DNA of 62,344 nucleotides, counting the filler. It is 9 parts of 9 records of this genome, joined end to end, with 100 filler letters (N's around TTAATTAATTAA, not from the genome) between each part and the next. Parts side by side here need not be neighbours in the genome. Positions count along the whole stretch, not along the records: positions 27,350 to 35,766 come from SRR31147125_108229; positions 35,867 to 41,824 come from SRR31147125_108267; 7 more parts are not named here. One strand, 5' to 3'. Of this stretch, positions 28,827-39,876 are shown one piece after another; position 1 is the stretch's first letter; the number at the start of each line of letters is the position of its first letter. The translations under genes and the position numbers were made by a program. The notes beneath the pieces are model-generated. The model had not been told where the DNA came from and made no database searches. It saw nothing but the letters and a program-made list of their open reading frames with translations.

Positions 28827-31579
28827 ATGTCTTTAACCAGTTCCCTTTATACCGGCACCAGCGGCTTAGGCAACACCAGTGAAGCCCTTCAGGTCACCAG
28901 TAATAATATTGCCAACATCAATACTGTGGCGTTTAAATCGGGGAGCACGACCTTTGCCGATACCCTGTACCAGAGCATCGGCACCCAGTCGGGTGCGGCC
29001 CAGGTCGGCCTGGGTATGTCTGTGGACAACATCTCCTCAGACTTTTCCACAGGATCCGTTGAGACCACCACCAACTCCACGGACCTTGCCATTGACGGCA
29101 GCGGGTTTTTCATCGTCTCCCAGGCAGACTCGGATGAGGTCTACTATACCCGGGCCGGCAACTTCTCCTTTGACGAAAGCGGGGCCCTGTGCAACTCCTC
29201 AGGGTATATCCTCCAGGGATGGGATGTGGATCCGGACACCGGGGACGCCACCGGGGCCATCACCGACCTGATTCTTACGGCCTTTACCAGTTCCCCGGAC
29301 GAAACCGAGGAAATAACGGTTATTACCAACCTGGATTCGGACTCAGACTCCAACACCGAGGTATTGGCCAATGTCTATGAGTATGATGAGGAGGATGACG
29401 AGTCCGTTGCGGTGGACTCGGATACCTATGAATACCAGACCGTGGTCACGGTTTACGACTCTCTAGGTCTGAGCACGAGATCACCATCTACTACGACAAA
29501 TTATCAGACACCACCTGGGAGTATATCATTGTCTGCGACGGGGAGGAGGACGCCCGAAGCCTCCTGGAAGACACCACTGCCGCAGGGCTGCTTGCCCAGG
29601 GTACCATTGAATTTTCCGAAAGTTCCGGTGAAATCGTGAGTATGACCATGATGGAACTGACCGGCCGGGTGGGCAACATAGAAAGCGTCGGCCAGAACGA
29701 CGAGGATGATATCAACTTTGAAGTCGTGGATTCCGATGCCATGCTGGTGGACGGATACGGAATCTCTCTCTCCTTTGACGGAGAGGACTGGAACCTGGAC
29801 ACAAGCTCCCTGCCGGACAGCTACCAGGACGCAGAGGTCATTTATTCTGACGACCAGGAGATCCAGATCCTCCTGGACCCGGACTCCAGCGGCGGAGAGG
29901 ACGAGGCCGACCTTATCATCACCCTCAATGAGGTCGCCATGGCCGGGGATACCCTCTCCTTTGACATCAACGACGTCACAGATCTTCATGTCCAGGATCT
30001 TGAAAACATTGTCTACGGCAATGAAGCCTACAACAACACCACCCTGTCCATTAATGATGCAAGTGTCCTGACCACCAGCATTGAAGATGTCAGCATCGTC
30101 TGGAATCCCTATTCAGAGACCTGGACCTGGAGCAACCCGGAAGATGCGGCAGAGGCCGGCACCCTGGTCACAGGCCTTGACACCAACAGCTCCTCGGCGG
30201 TCACCGTAACCACCTCGGCCATTGATATCACCAATGCCGAGGACCTGACCATGACCGTAGAGGATATTGATCTTATCTACAACGCCACTTTGGGAAGCTG
30301 GGACTGGAATGAAGCCCTGAGGGATGATGACATCACCAATGTCACCACCTCATTGGACGTGGACACGGACTATGAGATGGAAATTGTCACCTCCGGGGAT
30401 GAAGGTGCCATGGCCACAACCTCGGTGGACGGCATTGAACTGGAGTGGGACGGCACCACCTGGTCGGTCACTGATGACGGCGGGCTTAACGTGGCCATTC
30501 TCACCTCGGGCAACAGCAGTACCGAGGTGTCACTCACGGTATATGACTCCAGTTCCTCCGGGGCATCCACCATTTCCTACACCTTTGACTCCGCCCTGAC
30601 CACAGCGGCCGGTCAGACCCTCTCCTTTGACATTGATCCGTCTCCCCCGGCCGAATACGGAGATGCCGAAATTGTGGCCACCACAGACAACAGCGTGGCC
30701 ATTGACTTTGACGCCGACGGCACCACAGACCTGACCATCAACGTCACCTCAGGTGCCACCACAGCCCTGGCCGGCGGGGAAACCCTAAGCTTTGACGTGG
30801 ACCCCGACGTTCCCCCGGCAGAATATGCCGACGCCACCCTTTCCGGGGATGAGAACGAGGTGACCATTGATCTGGACGGATCCGGCGGGGATGACGATTC
30901 CGAGGATTTGGTCTTTACCTTTGAAGATTCTTTGTCCACCGGAACAGATACCGATCCCCTGGATGACAGCACCACCATCACCTTTGATATCGAAGGCTCC
31001 ACCGCCTGGACCGAAGTCTCCACCGACGATGCCGAAGAGACCGGATACTTCACGTTTACCGCAGATTTTCTCGGGGGCGACTCCGGCTCCACTGAACAGG
31101 ATATCTCCTTTAACATCGGTACGGAATGGGACGGCAGCAACTGGGTGAACAGCTCATTGTCCACCACCCAGTATGCCCGGTCCTCCTCCACCACCTACCA
31201 GGATGCCGACGGGTATCCCCCCGGGGACCTGACCGGGGTGGAGGTTGATTCCGACGGATATATCTACGGCACCTATTCCAACGGCCTGGAGATCGCCCTG
31301 TTTCAGGTCGCCCTGGCAGACTTCAACAACTACGACGGCCTGGAGAGCGAGGGCGGGAATCTCTACTCAGAGACCACGGACAGCGGCTCGGCCATCACCA
31401 ATTCGGCCGGGGAAAACGGACTTGGAGAGATCAACTCCTACACCCTTGAGCTGTCCAACGTGGATATCTCAGAGGAATTTGTCTCAATGATCGAACTGCA
31501 GAACGCCTACGAGGCCAATGCAAAAATTATTACCACCGTGGACGAGATGATGGACACGGTCATTTCAATGAAACGTTAG
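28827..31579 (+). CDS. flgE: Flagellar hook protein FlgE (about 917 aa); 1-nt frameshift at about 29468-29470
   Basis: NNIANINT, DLAIDGSGFF, YTRAGNF and VYDSLG. Adding one base continues EHEITIYYDK... into the 647-aa ORF ending LELSNVDISEEF...ANAKIITTVDEM. Confidence 0.92.
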
Positions 31580-31591
31580 GGAGAATCGAAT

Positions 31592-32056
31592 ATGACACCT
31601 TTATTTAAAGAGACCAAAGAAAAAGACGGATTTGACTCCCTTGAACGGAAAATGGTCAGGACCCTGGCCCTTCATCGGGAGATGAAGAAACTGCTGGAAG
31701 CCGAATACGGCGCAGGGTTAAGCTATGATGCCAAGGCCCTGGAAAAACTGACCTTGAGAAAAAACAATTGTGTCAGCCGGTTTGAGCACCTGGTGGGATC
31801 CATCCGGGACCAGATGAAACGTATGGCGGCCCAGCCCCTTGCCCCCACCTGCCCCAGAACCCTGGCCAACCGCCTGAAGGCTATCCCCGGACTGACCCCG
31901 GAACTGGAAGAGCGGCTGCTGCCCCTGGCCAGACAGCTTGAAGAAGAGAACAAGGCCCTGATCAAGGCCTCCAGACGAAACGTTAAAATGCTCAGGGGGG
32001 TTATGGACCGAATCTGGGCGGTGTACCAATATACCCGCCAGGGGCAGATGGGATGA
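31592..32056 (+). CDS. flgN: FlgN-like export chaperone
   Basis: Helical, basic 154-aa protein whose stop overlaps the flgK start (ATGA). Assigned by position and helical pattern. Confidence 0.6.
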   Translation: MTPLFKETKEKDGFDSLERKMVRTLALHREMKKLLEAEYGAGLSYDAKALEKLTLRKNNCVSRFEHLVGSIRDQMKRMAAQPLAPTCPRTLANRLKAIPGLTPELEERLLPLARQLEEENKALIKASRRNVKMLRGVMDRIWAVYQYTRQGQMG

Positions 32057-35000
32057 GCACCTTAAGTGCCATACTCAATTCGGCAGCCTCGGCCCTGAGC
32101 ACCTATCAGTCGGCCATCAGCGTCACAAGCCAGAACATCGCCAATGCTGATAATGAAGATTACAGCATGCAGACCACGGAGTATGCTGCCAGTGACTCCA
32201 TCTCATACAGCGGCGAGATTTACGGCACAGGGGTGGAGGTCAGCGCCATCACCCAGGAGGTGGATCAGCTCCTGGAAAACCAGCTGACCACGGAGCTGTC
32301 CACCCAGGCTGCCCTGGAGGAAGAGGCCACCTATATCTCCCTGATAGAAGACTATTTCACCGAAGACACCGACGACAGCATTAATACCCTTTTGGACGAG
32401 TATTGGTCGGCCTGGGAAGCCCTCAGCGACACCCCTGCCGAAACCTCGGCCCAGGAGGAGGTCTACGCTGCAGGCGTTCAGCTGGCAGAACGGTTTAACG
32501 CCATCAGCGAGGGCCTGGAGGACATGATCAATGACCTGAACACCGAGATCTCCACCTCGGTGTCCGAGATCAACACCATCACCGCCCAGATTGCAGAGCT
32601 GAACCAGGCCATCATCGAAGCCGAGGCTTCCGGGGCCAATGCCAATGACCTTTCCGACGCCCAAAACGCCCTGGTGGACGATCTGGGGGAACTCATTGAC
32701 ATTGACATCACAATCAAAGAGGACGGTTCCTATCTTATCATGACCACCGGGGGGCTGCCCCTGGTGGAAGACCAGATTTCCCATGATCTTGAAGTCAGGG
32801 ACAACCAGATATACTGGTGCGGCAGTTCCGGCAGCGACTATGACATTACAGACGATATAGAGGGCGGCCAGCTGGCCGGCTGGCTGACCATGCGGGACGA
32901 AGTCATCCTGGAAGTCCAGGCTGAACTTGACGAGCTGTCCTCCGCCCTGATCTGGAGCATCAACTACCAGCATTCCCAGGGAGCGGGTCAGACCTTTTTT
33001 ACGGATGCCCTAGAGGGCACCTATGCCACAGGGGACAGCGGTACCCTGGACAGCCTGGACTACGGAGAAAACATTGACTACACCCAGGACTTTTCCATGG
33101 TTATCAGCGATGGGGACGGCAACACCCAGACCGTTACCGTGGACATGGCAATCTCCCGATCGGACATTTCGGAGATCCAGGGCAGTGCAGAGGCCAACGC
33201 CACCTATGAACTCACCGTGGTGGATGAGGGGGTGTTAGGGGATCAGACCGTCACCCAGAGTCAGGCGGACAGCGGAGTGACTTCGGCCGCCAGTATCACC
33301 GACGCCCTGGACGCGGCTTTGGGAGAGCAGACCCTGACCATCACCAGCAGCGACGGCACCCAGACCATTGATATCAGCGACTCGGATTCCGATGTCCGCC
33401 GCAGCGCGGCAGAAATTGCCGAGGCCCTGAACGATATTGACGGGATCACGGCCACGGCCTCCGCCACTGAAGTCGAATTTTCAACTGCCGGCCTCACCAC
33501 GGCCGAGGATGGGGATACCGTCAGCTTTACCCTCTATGTGGACGGTGTGGAAACCAGTGCCTCCTTTACCGTGGACAGCTCGGAAGGCACCCTGGATGAA
33601 CAGCTTGAACAGGCCCTGGAAACTGCCGTGGAGGAGATCAACGAGGACAACCAGAACACGGATCTCATGGTGGACGGCACCACCATTGAAAGCGCATCCG
33701 GGGCCACCATCGGCATCGAAGATTTCCAAGTCACGGACAATGCAGGGGTCACCCTGAGCAATTACACGGATTTTGACACCGGCGACACCATCTCATTCAC
33801 CGTTGAAAACGGCTCTGAATCCGTAACCATCTCCGTGGATTTAGACGGGGTAGACACCACAGATGCCGTTGCCATGGGTGAAAATATTTACGAGGCCCTG
33901 GAAGAGGAACTCGCCGACTATTCATTCTATGCAAACCTGGATGAGACCACCGGGGAGATCACCCTGGCCACGACAGACGGATCTGATCTGGTATTGTCTG
34001 CGGCCAGCGGCGATACAAGCTCCGATGCCAGTATTACCGTGACCACTCTGGGCACCAGCACCACCTCCGGGGACGGGCAGCTGGACTTTGACGGCAGCGA
34101 CTCGGAAACCATCACCCCTGTCACCTCCACTGCAGACTATATCGGATTTTCCCTGGTCGGATGCGAGGACAGCAGTGCCAGCAACGCCACCACCCAGGTG
34201 GGAGAAAGCGGCGGCGCCTATGACACGGCAGCCGTTGTCACGGGAAGCGTTACCATTGTCATGGAGCCGGATATCTCCATTGAATCCGATGATGACTCCG
34301 TCACAGGCCTTTTTGGCACGGATGGAGATTCCGGAGAGGCCGACAGCATGATCACCCTCGGCGGGACCGACGGTTATGAGGGGTTTGACGACGGGGATAC
34401 CATCACCTTTGAGGTGGACGGCACCACGGTCTCCTACACGGTAACAGACCCAGGTACGGGCCTCACAGATGCAGACCAGGCGGAACAGCTCTACACCGCC
34501 TTGAGCACCACCCTGGATTCCGACCAATACACAGTGGTCCTCAACGGCACCTCCGTGAGCATTGTCAGGACCTCTGATGAAGATGATCCCATGGAGATCT
34601 CCAATTTTACCGATGCCACAGGAAATGACGCCACCCTGGCCGTGTCCACGGGCACAGCCGATTCCGGCATTGATGATCCTTCAACAGATACCCTGATTTC
34701 AGGAGATACCCTGAGCAATTCAGCCACAGCCGTCACATACGGGGATGCCGCCCTGATCTATTGGGAGGAGTTTGACAGCGACGGAAATGCCACCGGAGAA
34801 TCCGGATATGTGGAAGTCGACACCCCGGGCCTTGTGGAAATCACAAACTCCGATGATGACACCATTATCAGTTTTGAGGTGTCCGAAGGCAACCTTGTGG
34901 CAGGCAATACCCTGATCATCAATACGGATTCAGAGGGCATGGTGGACGTGCTGGAGGCAGAGGCCTCGGGAACGGCCAACTCCATTGCCGACACCTACGA

Positions 35001-35766
35001 GTTCACCGTAACCACCGGCGGCACACTGCCGGACAGCGAAGAAGCCATTGTAATCACGTGGACCTCGGATACCGGATCCGGCACCATTGAACTTGAAAGC
35101 AGTGATGATGCCGATATCCCCATAACCGTTGAGGTGGACGGCATGAGCCTCACCCTGACCTCCGGCACCCTGGTGGAGGGAGATGTCTTTTACGTATCCA
35201 CAGATGAAAACGGCGAACCCATTACTTTGGAGGGGGATGGTTCGGACACCGTCACCACCCTGTCCGACTGGCATTGGACCCTGTCCTCCTTTGCAGATGA
35301 ATTCAACAGCAGCGCAGGCGGGCTCACCGCCACAGTGACGGATGACAACACCCTGTTGATTGATACCAATGAAGACTATTGCGCCATTGACGAGATCACC
35401 TACACCGATGAATACGGCATCAGCGAGGAGAACACCACCATCACCGTCACCAACTATACCGCCCTTGAAATCGAGGCAGACAGCCTCTCCTTTGTTCGCA
35501 CCGACGGGACCTGGGAGGTGGAGAACGACCCCACCGGCGGCACCATCCAGATCCTTCCCGAAGGCGGGGATGATGACGGTTTTTCTGTGGACCTTGACGG
35601 AGACGGCATTGGAGACATTGAGGTCACCTTTGACCAGGCTGTTTCCGGAGACGGCACCATTGAAATGGCGCTTGTGGAAACCGAATCCGAAGATTTCTCC
35701 TATGCCTTTGCCGGAACCGAGGACGGGGACAGCGGCCTGGCCGCAGCCCTGGGCCTGAACACCTTT
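32053..35766 (+). CDS. flgK: Giant hook-associated protein FlgK (>1238 aa), 3'-truncated
   Basis: SQNIANA..YS.Q, YGTGVEV, IAELNQAI, GGQLAGWL..RD, INYQHSQG, and LAAALGLNTF at the truncation. Confidence 0.9.
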
Positions 35767-35866
35767 NNNNNNNNNNNNNNNNNNNNNNNNNNNNNNNNNN
35801 NNNNNNNNNNTTAATTAATTAANNNNNNNNNNNNNNNNNNNNNNNNNNNNNNNNNNNNNNNNNNNN
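35767..35866. other. Artificial contig linker
   Basis: 44 N + TTAATTAATTAA + 44 N. Confidence 0.99.
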
Positions 35867-35909
35867 AAGGGCAGAGGTCCGGACCTCTGCCCTTGGCCTT
35901 TTGTCTTTT
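35867..35909 (+). terminator. Perfect 28-bp palindrome followed by a T-rich tract; likely terminator of an upstream gene outside the contig
   Basis: AAGGGCAGAGGTCC|GGACCTCTGCCCTT, then GGCCTTTTGTCTTTT. Confidence 0.55.
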
Positions 35910-36206
35910 ATGGCGGGTACCATAACCTGTCGACACAAGAATAAATCATTTAAAACCATAGACAATGAATACAGCTTTTATCAATCAATCAAATTGATAA
36001 TAGGTATATTCCGTTTATGAAAGATAAAATATGGAGAATTTTACCTGGAAAATTTTATAGGGCCGGGCACCTAACCCCCTGGATTGCAGCTCAATGGCGT
36101 CTGGAACGATGGTCGTGATTCTGCGCATGTACAATTTCGATGTTGTCTGATATTTTAAAATAGTTTAGATTAGCCATTTTAAAATTATTTATAATAAAGA
36201 GGGATT

Positions 36207-36710
36207 GTGGATCAACAGTTGAGCGAGCAGCGTTGCAGGGAATTGCTGGTATCATTGAGGAAAATTATCCAGGCCATTGATATCCATTCAAGGAAATTGA
36301 ACAAATTATTCGGATTGACAGGCCCTCAACTCGTTGTCCTTCAGGAAATCGCTGCTTTAAAGGAAATAAGCATCACCCCATTATCAAAGGCAACCAGTCT
36401 GAGCCAGGCAACGATTACGGATATCTGTAAGCGATTGGAAGTTAAAGGGTATTTGACCCGGAAGCGAAGAGAGGATGATAAGCGTTCCGTGAGCGTGGCT
36501 TTAACGGAAAAGGGAAAAGACGCCATAGAGGATTTGCCGCCCCTTTTGCAGGAAACATTTACCCATCGGTTTTCAAACATGGAAAACTGGGAACAGATGA
36601 TGATCCTGAGCGCATTTGAACGGGTTGTCCACTTAATGTCCGCAGATGAGATTGATGCATCCCCGATTATGGTAACCGGTCCGATTCAGACCTCCAATAA
36701 TCAGGCATAG
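36207..36710 (+). CDS. MarR-family regulator, EctR/CosR-like
   Basis: LRKIIQAIDIHSRKL..GLTGPQL, LSQAT, DKR, NWEQMMIL and MSADEIDASP resemble the EctR/CosR subfamily from recall. Confidence 0.82.
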   Translation: MDQQLSEQRCRELLVSLRKIIQAIDIHSRKLNKLFGLTGPQLVVLQEIAALKEISITPLSKATSLSQATITDICKRLEVKGYLTRKRREDDKRSVSVALTEKGKDAIEDLPPLLQETFTHRFSNMENWEQMMILSAFERVVHLMSADEIDASPIMVTGPIQTSNNQA

Positions 36711-36795
36711 CCCCCCCCAGGAATATATCCTCTGTGAATATGGTTGCTCAGTTTCCCGCGGACCGGGGGGGCATTGGTTCTGTTCGGCGCTGTGA

Positions 36796-38127
36796 TCAGA
36801 CGTCTCTGTATTTATAATGTTCCCGCTGTGTAACGTGAACCCTGTCTTCCTCCCACTCCCTGACCTTAAGGGTCATCATATTATTAAAAATGGCCTCCCC
36901 CATGGTTTCTTTTAAGAAATTGCTGCCTTCCGCTTCTACCAGGGCTTCATAAAAGCTTCTGGGTAAATAGGCTTCATCCCAGACCTTTAAACGGTTATTC
37001 TGATGATATGAGTTCCCTTTGTCGGCTTTGCCGCAATCTATTTTTTCCCTCATTCCGGCCAGCCCCATTGATATCAATACCGCCATTTGAAGGTAAACAT
37101 TTCCGGCCGGATCTGGATTGCGAAGCTCAATTCGGGTACTTTCCGGCGAGAGGGTATAGGGCACCCGGACCATGGAACTCCGGTTTCGGAGCCCCCATCC
37201 CCCGACAACAGGCGCCTCTTTTCCAAGTACATAGGCTTTGTAGGAATTCACCGTTGATGCCATGACAATGGAGGTCTGTCTTGCATATCTGAGAATACCC
37301 CCTATGAAATACCGGGCAAGGTCGCTTAACTGATATTTTGCATTGCTGTCATAGAAGAGATTTTGCCCGTTTAAATCCTGCATGGACAGATGGATGTGGA
37401 AGGCATTTCGATTATAATTTTCAAATGGCTTGGGCATGAAGCTGGCCGTAAAGCCGTTTTTTTCGGCAATTTGCTTTGCCGTATATGAAAAGAGCAGGGT
37501 CCGGTCTGCCGCTGCAAGGGCATCCGTGCATTCCAGATTGATTTCATGCTGTGAGGGGGTGACTTCATGGTGGGTTTTTTCATACTGGATGCCGCACCCG
37601 GCCAGGACATTGACAATATCCTGGCGGATGGATTCACCTTTGTCCGTGGGAGACGAAACAAAATAGCCGATATCATCGGAATGCTCCAACGCCGACATTT
37701 CATGGTCCGGGCCAACCGCCGGTTCCTCTTTGTTAAAGAGGAAAAATTCATATTCAGGCCCCACAATAAACCGAACCTGAAATTCTTGTTCTGCAGTCTT
37801 CAATACCTTTTTCAGCAGGTCCCTGGGATCCGTTGCAGAAGGATCTTTTTTTTCGTCGTAAATGTCTCCGATCAAAAACCCCACTGTTTTGTCGCCGAAA
37901 TCTATTCTTTTATAGGTGGACAAATCCGGGACCAGAAGGCGGTCGCTGTTTTCCACAGATGTATAACCGGCAATGGAACTGCCGTCGAAACCGACCCCGG
38001 TTTCACTCATTTTGTCAAGCATCGCCGGATTGACGAAGAGGTTCATGAGCCTTCCATTGATGTCGGTAAAAAATATTTTTGTAAAATCCACATCATTGTA
38101 TGGGTCATTTTCGGAATTTTCTTCCAT
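36796..38127 (-). CDS. Glutamine synthetase family protein (GSI-alpha-like) with atypical substrate pocket
   Basis: FDGSS, GPEYEFF, HHEV..QHEI, FMPKP, HIHLS, EAP, NRS..VR and RIELR.PD present. NSYKAY and NRNAFH replace NSYKRL and NGSGMH. Confidence 0.9.
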   Translation of the reverse strand: MEENSENDPYNDVDFTKIFFTDINGRLMNLFVNPAMLDKMSETGVGFDGSSIAGYTSVENSDRLLVPDLSTYKRIDFGDKTVGFLIGDIYDEKKDPSATDPRDLLKKVLKTAEQEFQVRFIVGPEYEFFLFNKEEPAVGPDHEMSALEHSDDIGYFVSSPTDKGESIRQDIVNVLAGCGIQYEKTHHEVTPSQHEINLECTDALAAADRTLLFSYTAKQIAEKNGFTASFMPKPFENYNRNAFHIHLSMQDLNGQNLFYDSNAKYQLSDLARYFIGGILRYARQTSIVMASTVNSYKAYVLGKEAPVVGGWGLRNRSSMVRVPYTLSPESTRIELRNPDPAGNVYLQMAVLISMGLAGMREKIDCGKADKGNSYHQNNRLKVWDEAYLPRSFYEALVEAEGSNFLKETMGEAIFNNMMTLKVREWEEDRVHVTQREHYKYRDV

Positions 38128-38363
38128 TTTTGCTTCATCCTTTTTCTATTTAAATAGGGTGATAAGATTGCAGGGTTATTCGGCTTTCATCATTGTCCGG
38201 GGGGCCCGGCAGAGTTGCCGGGGGGCGGAAATTGGCCGGGAACTATCCATGGCCAGGCTGCAGGGATTGGATATACCAGATATAAAAACGCGGCTGTGGC
38301 ATGGGTTTAAATATGCAGGTGCCGGGTCATCAAACCCGGATAAAAAGCATCAAGGGATATATA

Positions 38364-39290
38364 TTAGGATATCACATAGCCGTGCCCATTTGCTTTGTCG
38401 ATGTCGGCAAGCCCCTCCCTTACTTCCTCCATCTTTTTTTTGAAAGAAGAAAACTGATCCGGGCGCCCGGCAATGTAGACACCTGCATACAGTCCGCCCT
38501 TTTCTTCAACAGGCAATACCGTTTTTTGGCGATGGCTGAGTATGCTGAGCACATCCTCTCTTTCCTTGTCATCAACAAATTGCCTCTGGTGCAAATAGAT
38601 GCCCGGGATCCTGCCAAAGGCGTATCCGTGGGATTCAAAAGCCTTTTGAATGGGCTGGTCATCAAACATTCTCAATATGGTCAATACGGCAAACGGGCCG
38701 TATGCCGAAGGGTGGGAGTTCCCAAAAATATCAAGAACCTGGCGAAGGGTCTTCTGGGTGACATAGCCGATGGCCCCTGTACTGACCATAAGATTACAGG
38801 CGCTGATCCAGTCTTTTTCCTTTTTAGATAATTCATGGGACCCATTCTCAAGATTTTTGGATATGCCGAAATCAAGGAGCCCTGATTTGACAGCAAAGTC
38901 GATGGCTTCTTTTGAACAGTCAAGACCGGCGCAGCGAATTCCCCCCAAGGGTGACACAACATTGAGCCACATCCGGGTGGCATCACAGCAGGATTTCCTC
39001 TCCACCGGTGCCCTGGATCCAAAAAAGGAAACGATTTCATCAAAGGAACAGCCATATCTTAAAAGGGCGGAGCCTATTCCGTAGGAGCATCCGATATCAA
39101 GCATCTGAACGGGAAAGGCTTCCCCGTTTCTGTCAGCTAAAAACTGGGCTGCCGCCAGAATAAACGGCCGGGCGTTTTCACCAATCCGGTATTGATGGTC
39201 ATCCATTGTTGCCAGATAATCATGGGGCGTATCTGCGATATATACATTGTTAAAATCTGCTTTTACCTCATTCCCCTCTTTGTATCCCAT
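38364..39290 (-). CDS. Class I SAM-dependent methyltransferase-like protein
   Basis: Motif I MLDIGCSYG, motif II GLDCS, STGAIGY. ATG 39290 follows GGAGG. Confidence 0.72.
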   Translation of the reverse strand: MGYKEGNEVKADFNNVYIADTPHDYLATMDDHQYRIGENARPFILAAAQFLADRNGEAFPVQMLDIGCSYGIGSALLRYGCSFDEIVSFFGSRAPVERKSCCDATRMWLNVVSPLGGIRCAGLDCSKEAIDFAVKSGLLDFGISKNLENGSHELSKKEKDWISACNLMVSTGAIGYVTQKTLRQVLDIFGNSHPSAYGPFAVLTILRMFDDQPIQKAFESHGYAFGRIPGIYLHQRQFVDDKEREDVLSILSHRQKTVLPVEEKGGLYAGVYIAGRPDQFSSFKKKMEEVREGLADIDKANGHGYVIS

Positions 39291-39876
39291 AAGTCCTCCA
39301 TATAGTTTTATCATTTTAGGAGTTCAATTGTAGCCGATAGAAGCGTTTCAAGAACACGTAGCAAGATGTTCTATGGGGTATAATAGAAAAGCATAGATGT
39401 CAATATACTTTTTTGGAAAAAAGTCTTTTGAAATCAAGGATTGGGTATGATTTGGGTGTGAAATTTACATACAACACAATGTATCTGTCCGAATTATCAC
39501 ATTATAGGGGGCAGGTGTAAAATTACAAAGTGGATATTGTGAAAATATTTTGAGTACGATGGATTCTTTATGCGACCTTTTTAAGTGCGTTTCCTGAATC
39601 GACTGTTTTAATAGTGTTTTGTGGGCTGGCTGGGTGGTGTGAGTTGAAGGGGGCTTGATTTTTTTGTTTGAATACAATATAAGCTAAGCCTGTTAATTGT
39701 TTAGAGTGCAAAACGATATAGGCGGAATAATCTTAATTTTAGAGATGATTGATAGGGTGCATACAATATAGCTTGATTCAATTGGCTGTTTTCCATGGGG
39801 TTTAGGCTTTTGGAAAGCAGTTTTTTTGTTCCGATCCATTGCCGGCAACTTGAAAGGAATACGTTAACAAGAGCAT

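Noticed and set aside
27681-35766. Alternative genetic code or salt-in proteome as the cause of Lys/Arg absence
   Set aside because: The flgN-like gene in the same operon uses Lys and Arg codons abundantly, and a few conserved K/R residues remain in FlgE.
35867-35894. Perfect 28-bp palindrome, as a hairpin telomere or special site
   Set aside because: A T-rich tail follows and it sits at a contig end. A terminator or an assembly break is the simpler explanation.
38128-38363. Glutamine riboswitch upstream of the GS-like gene
   Set aside because: GC-rich hairpins exist (CCCGGCA-GAGT-TGCCGGG), but I see no recognisable glnA-motif consensus.
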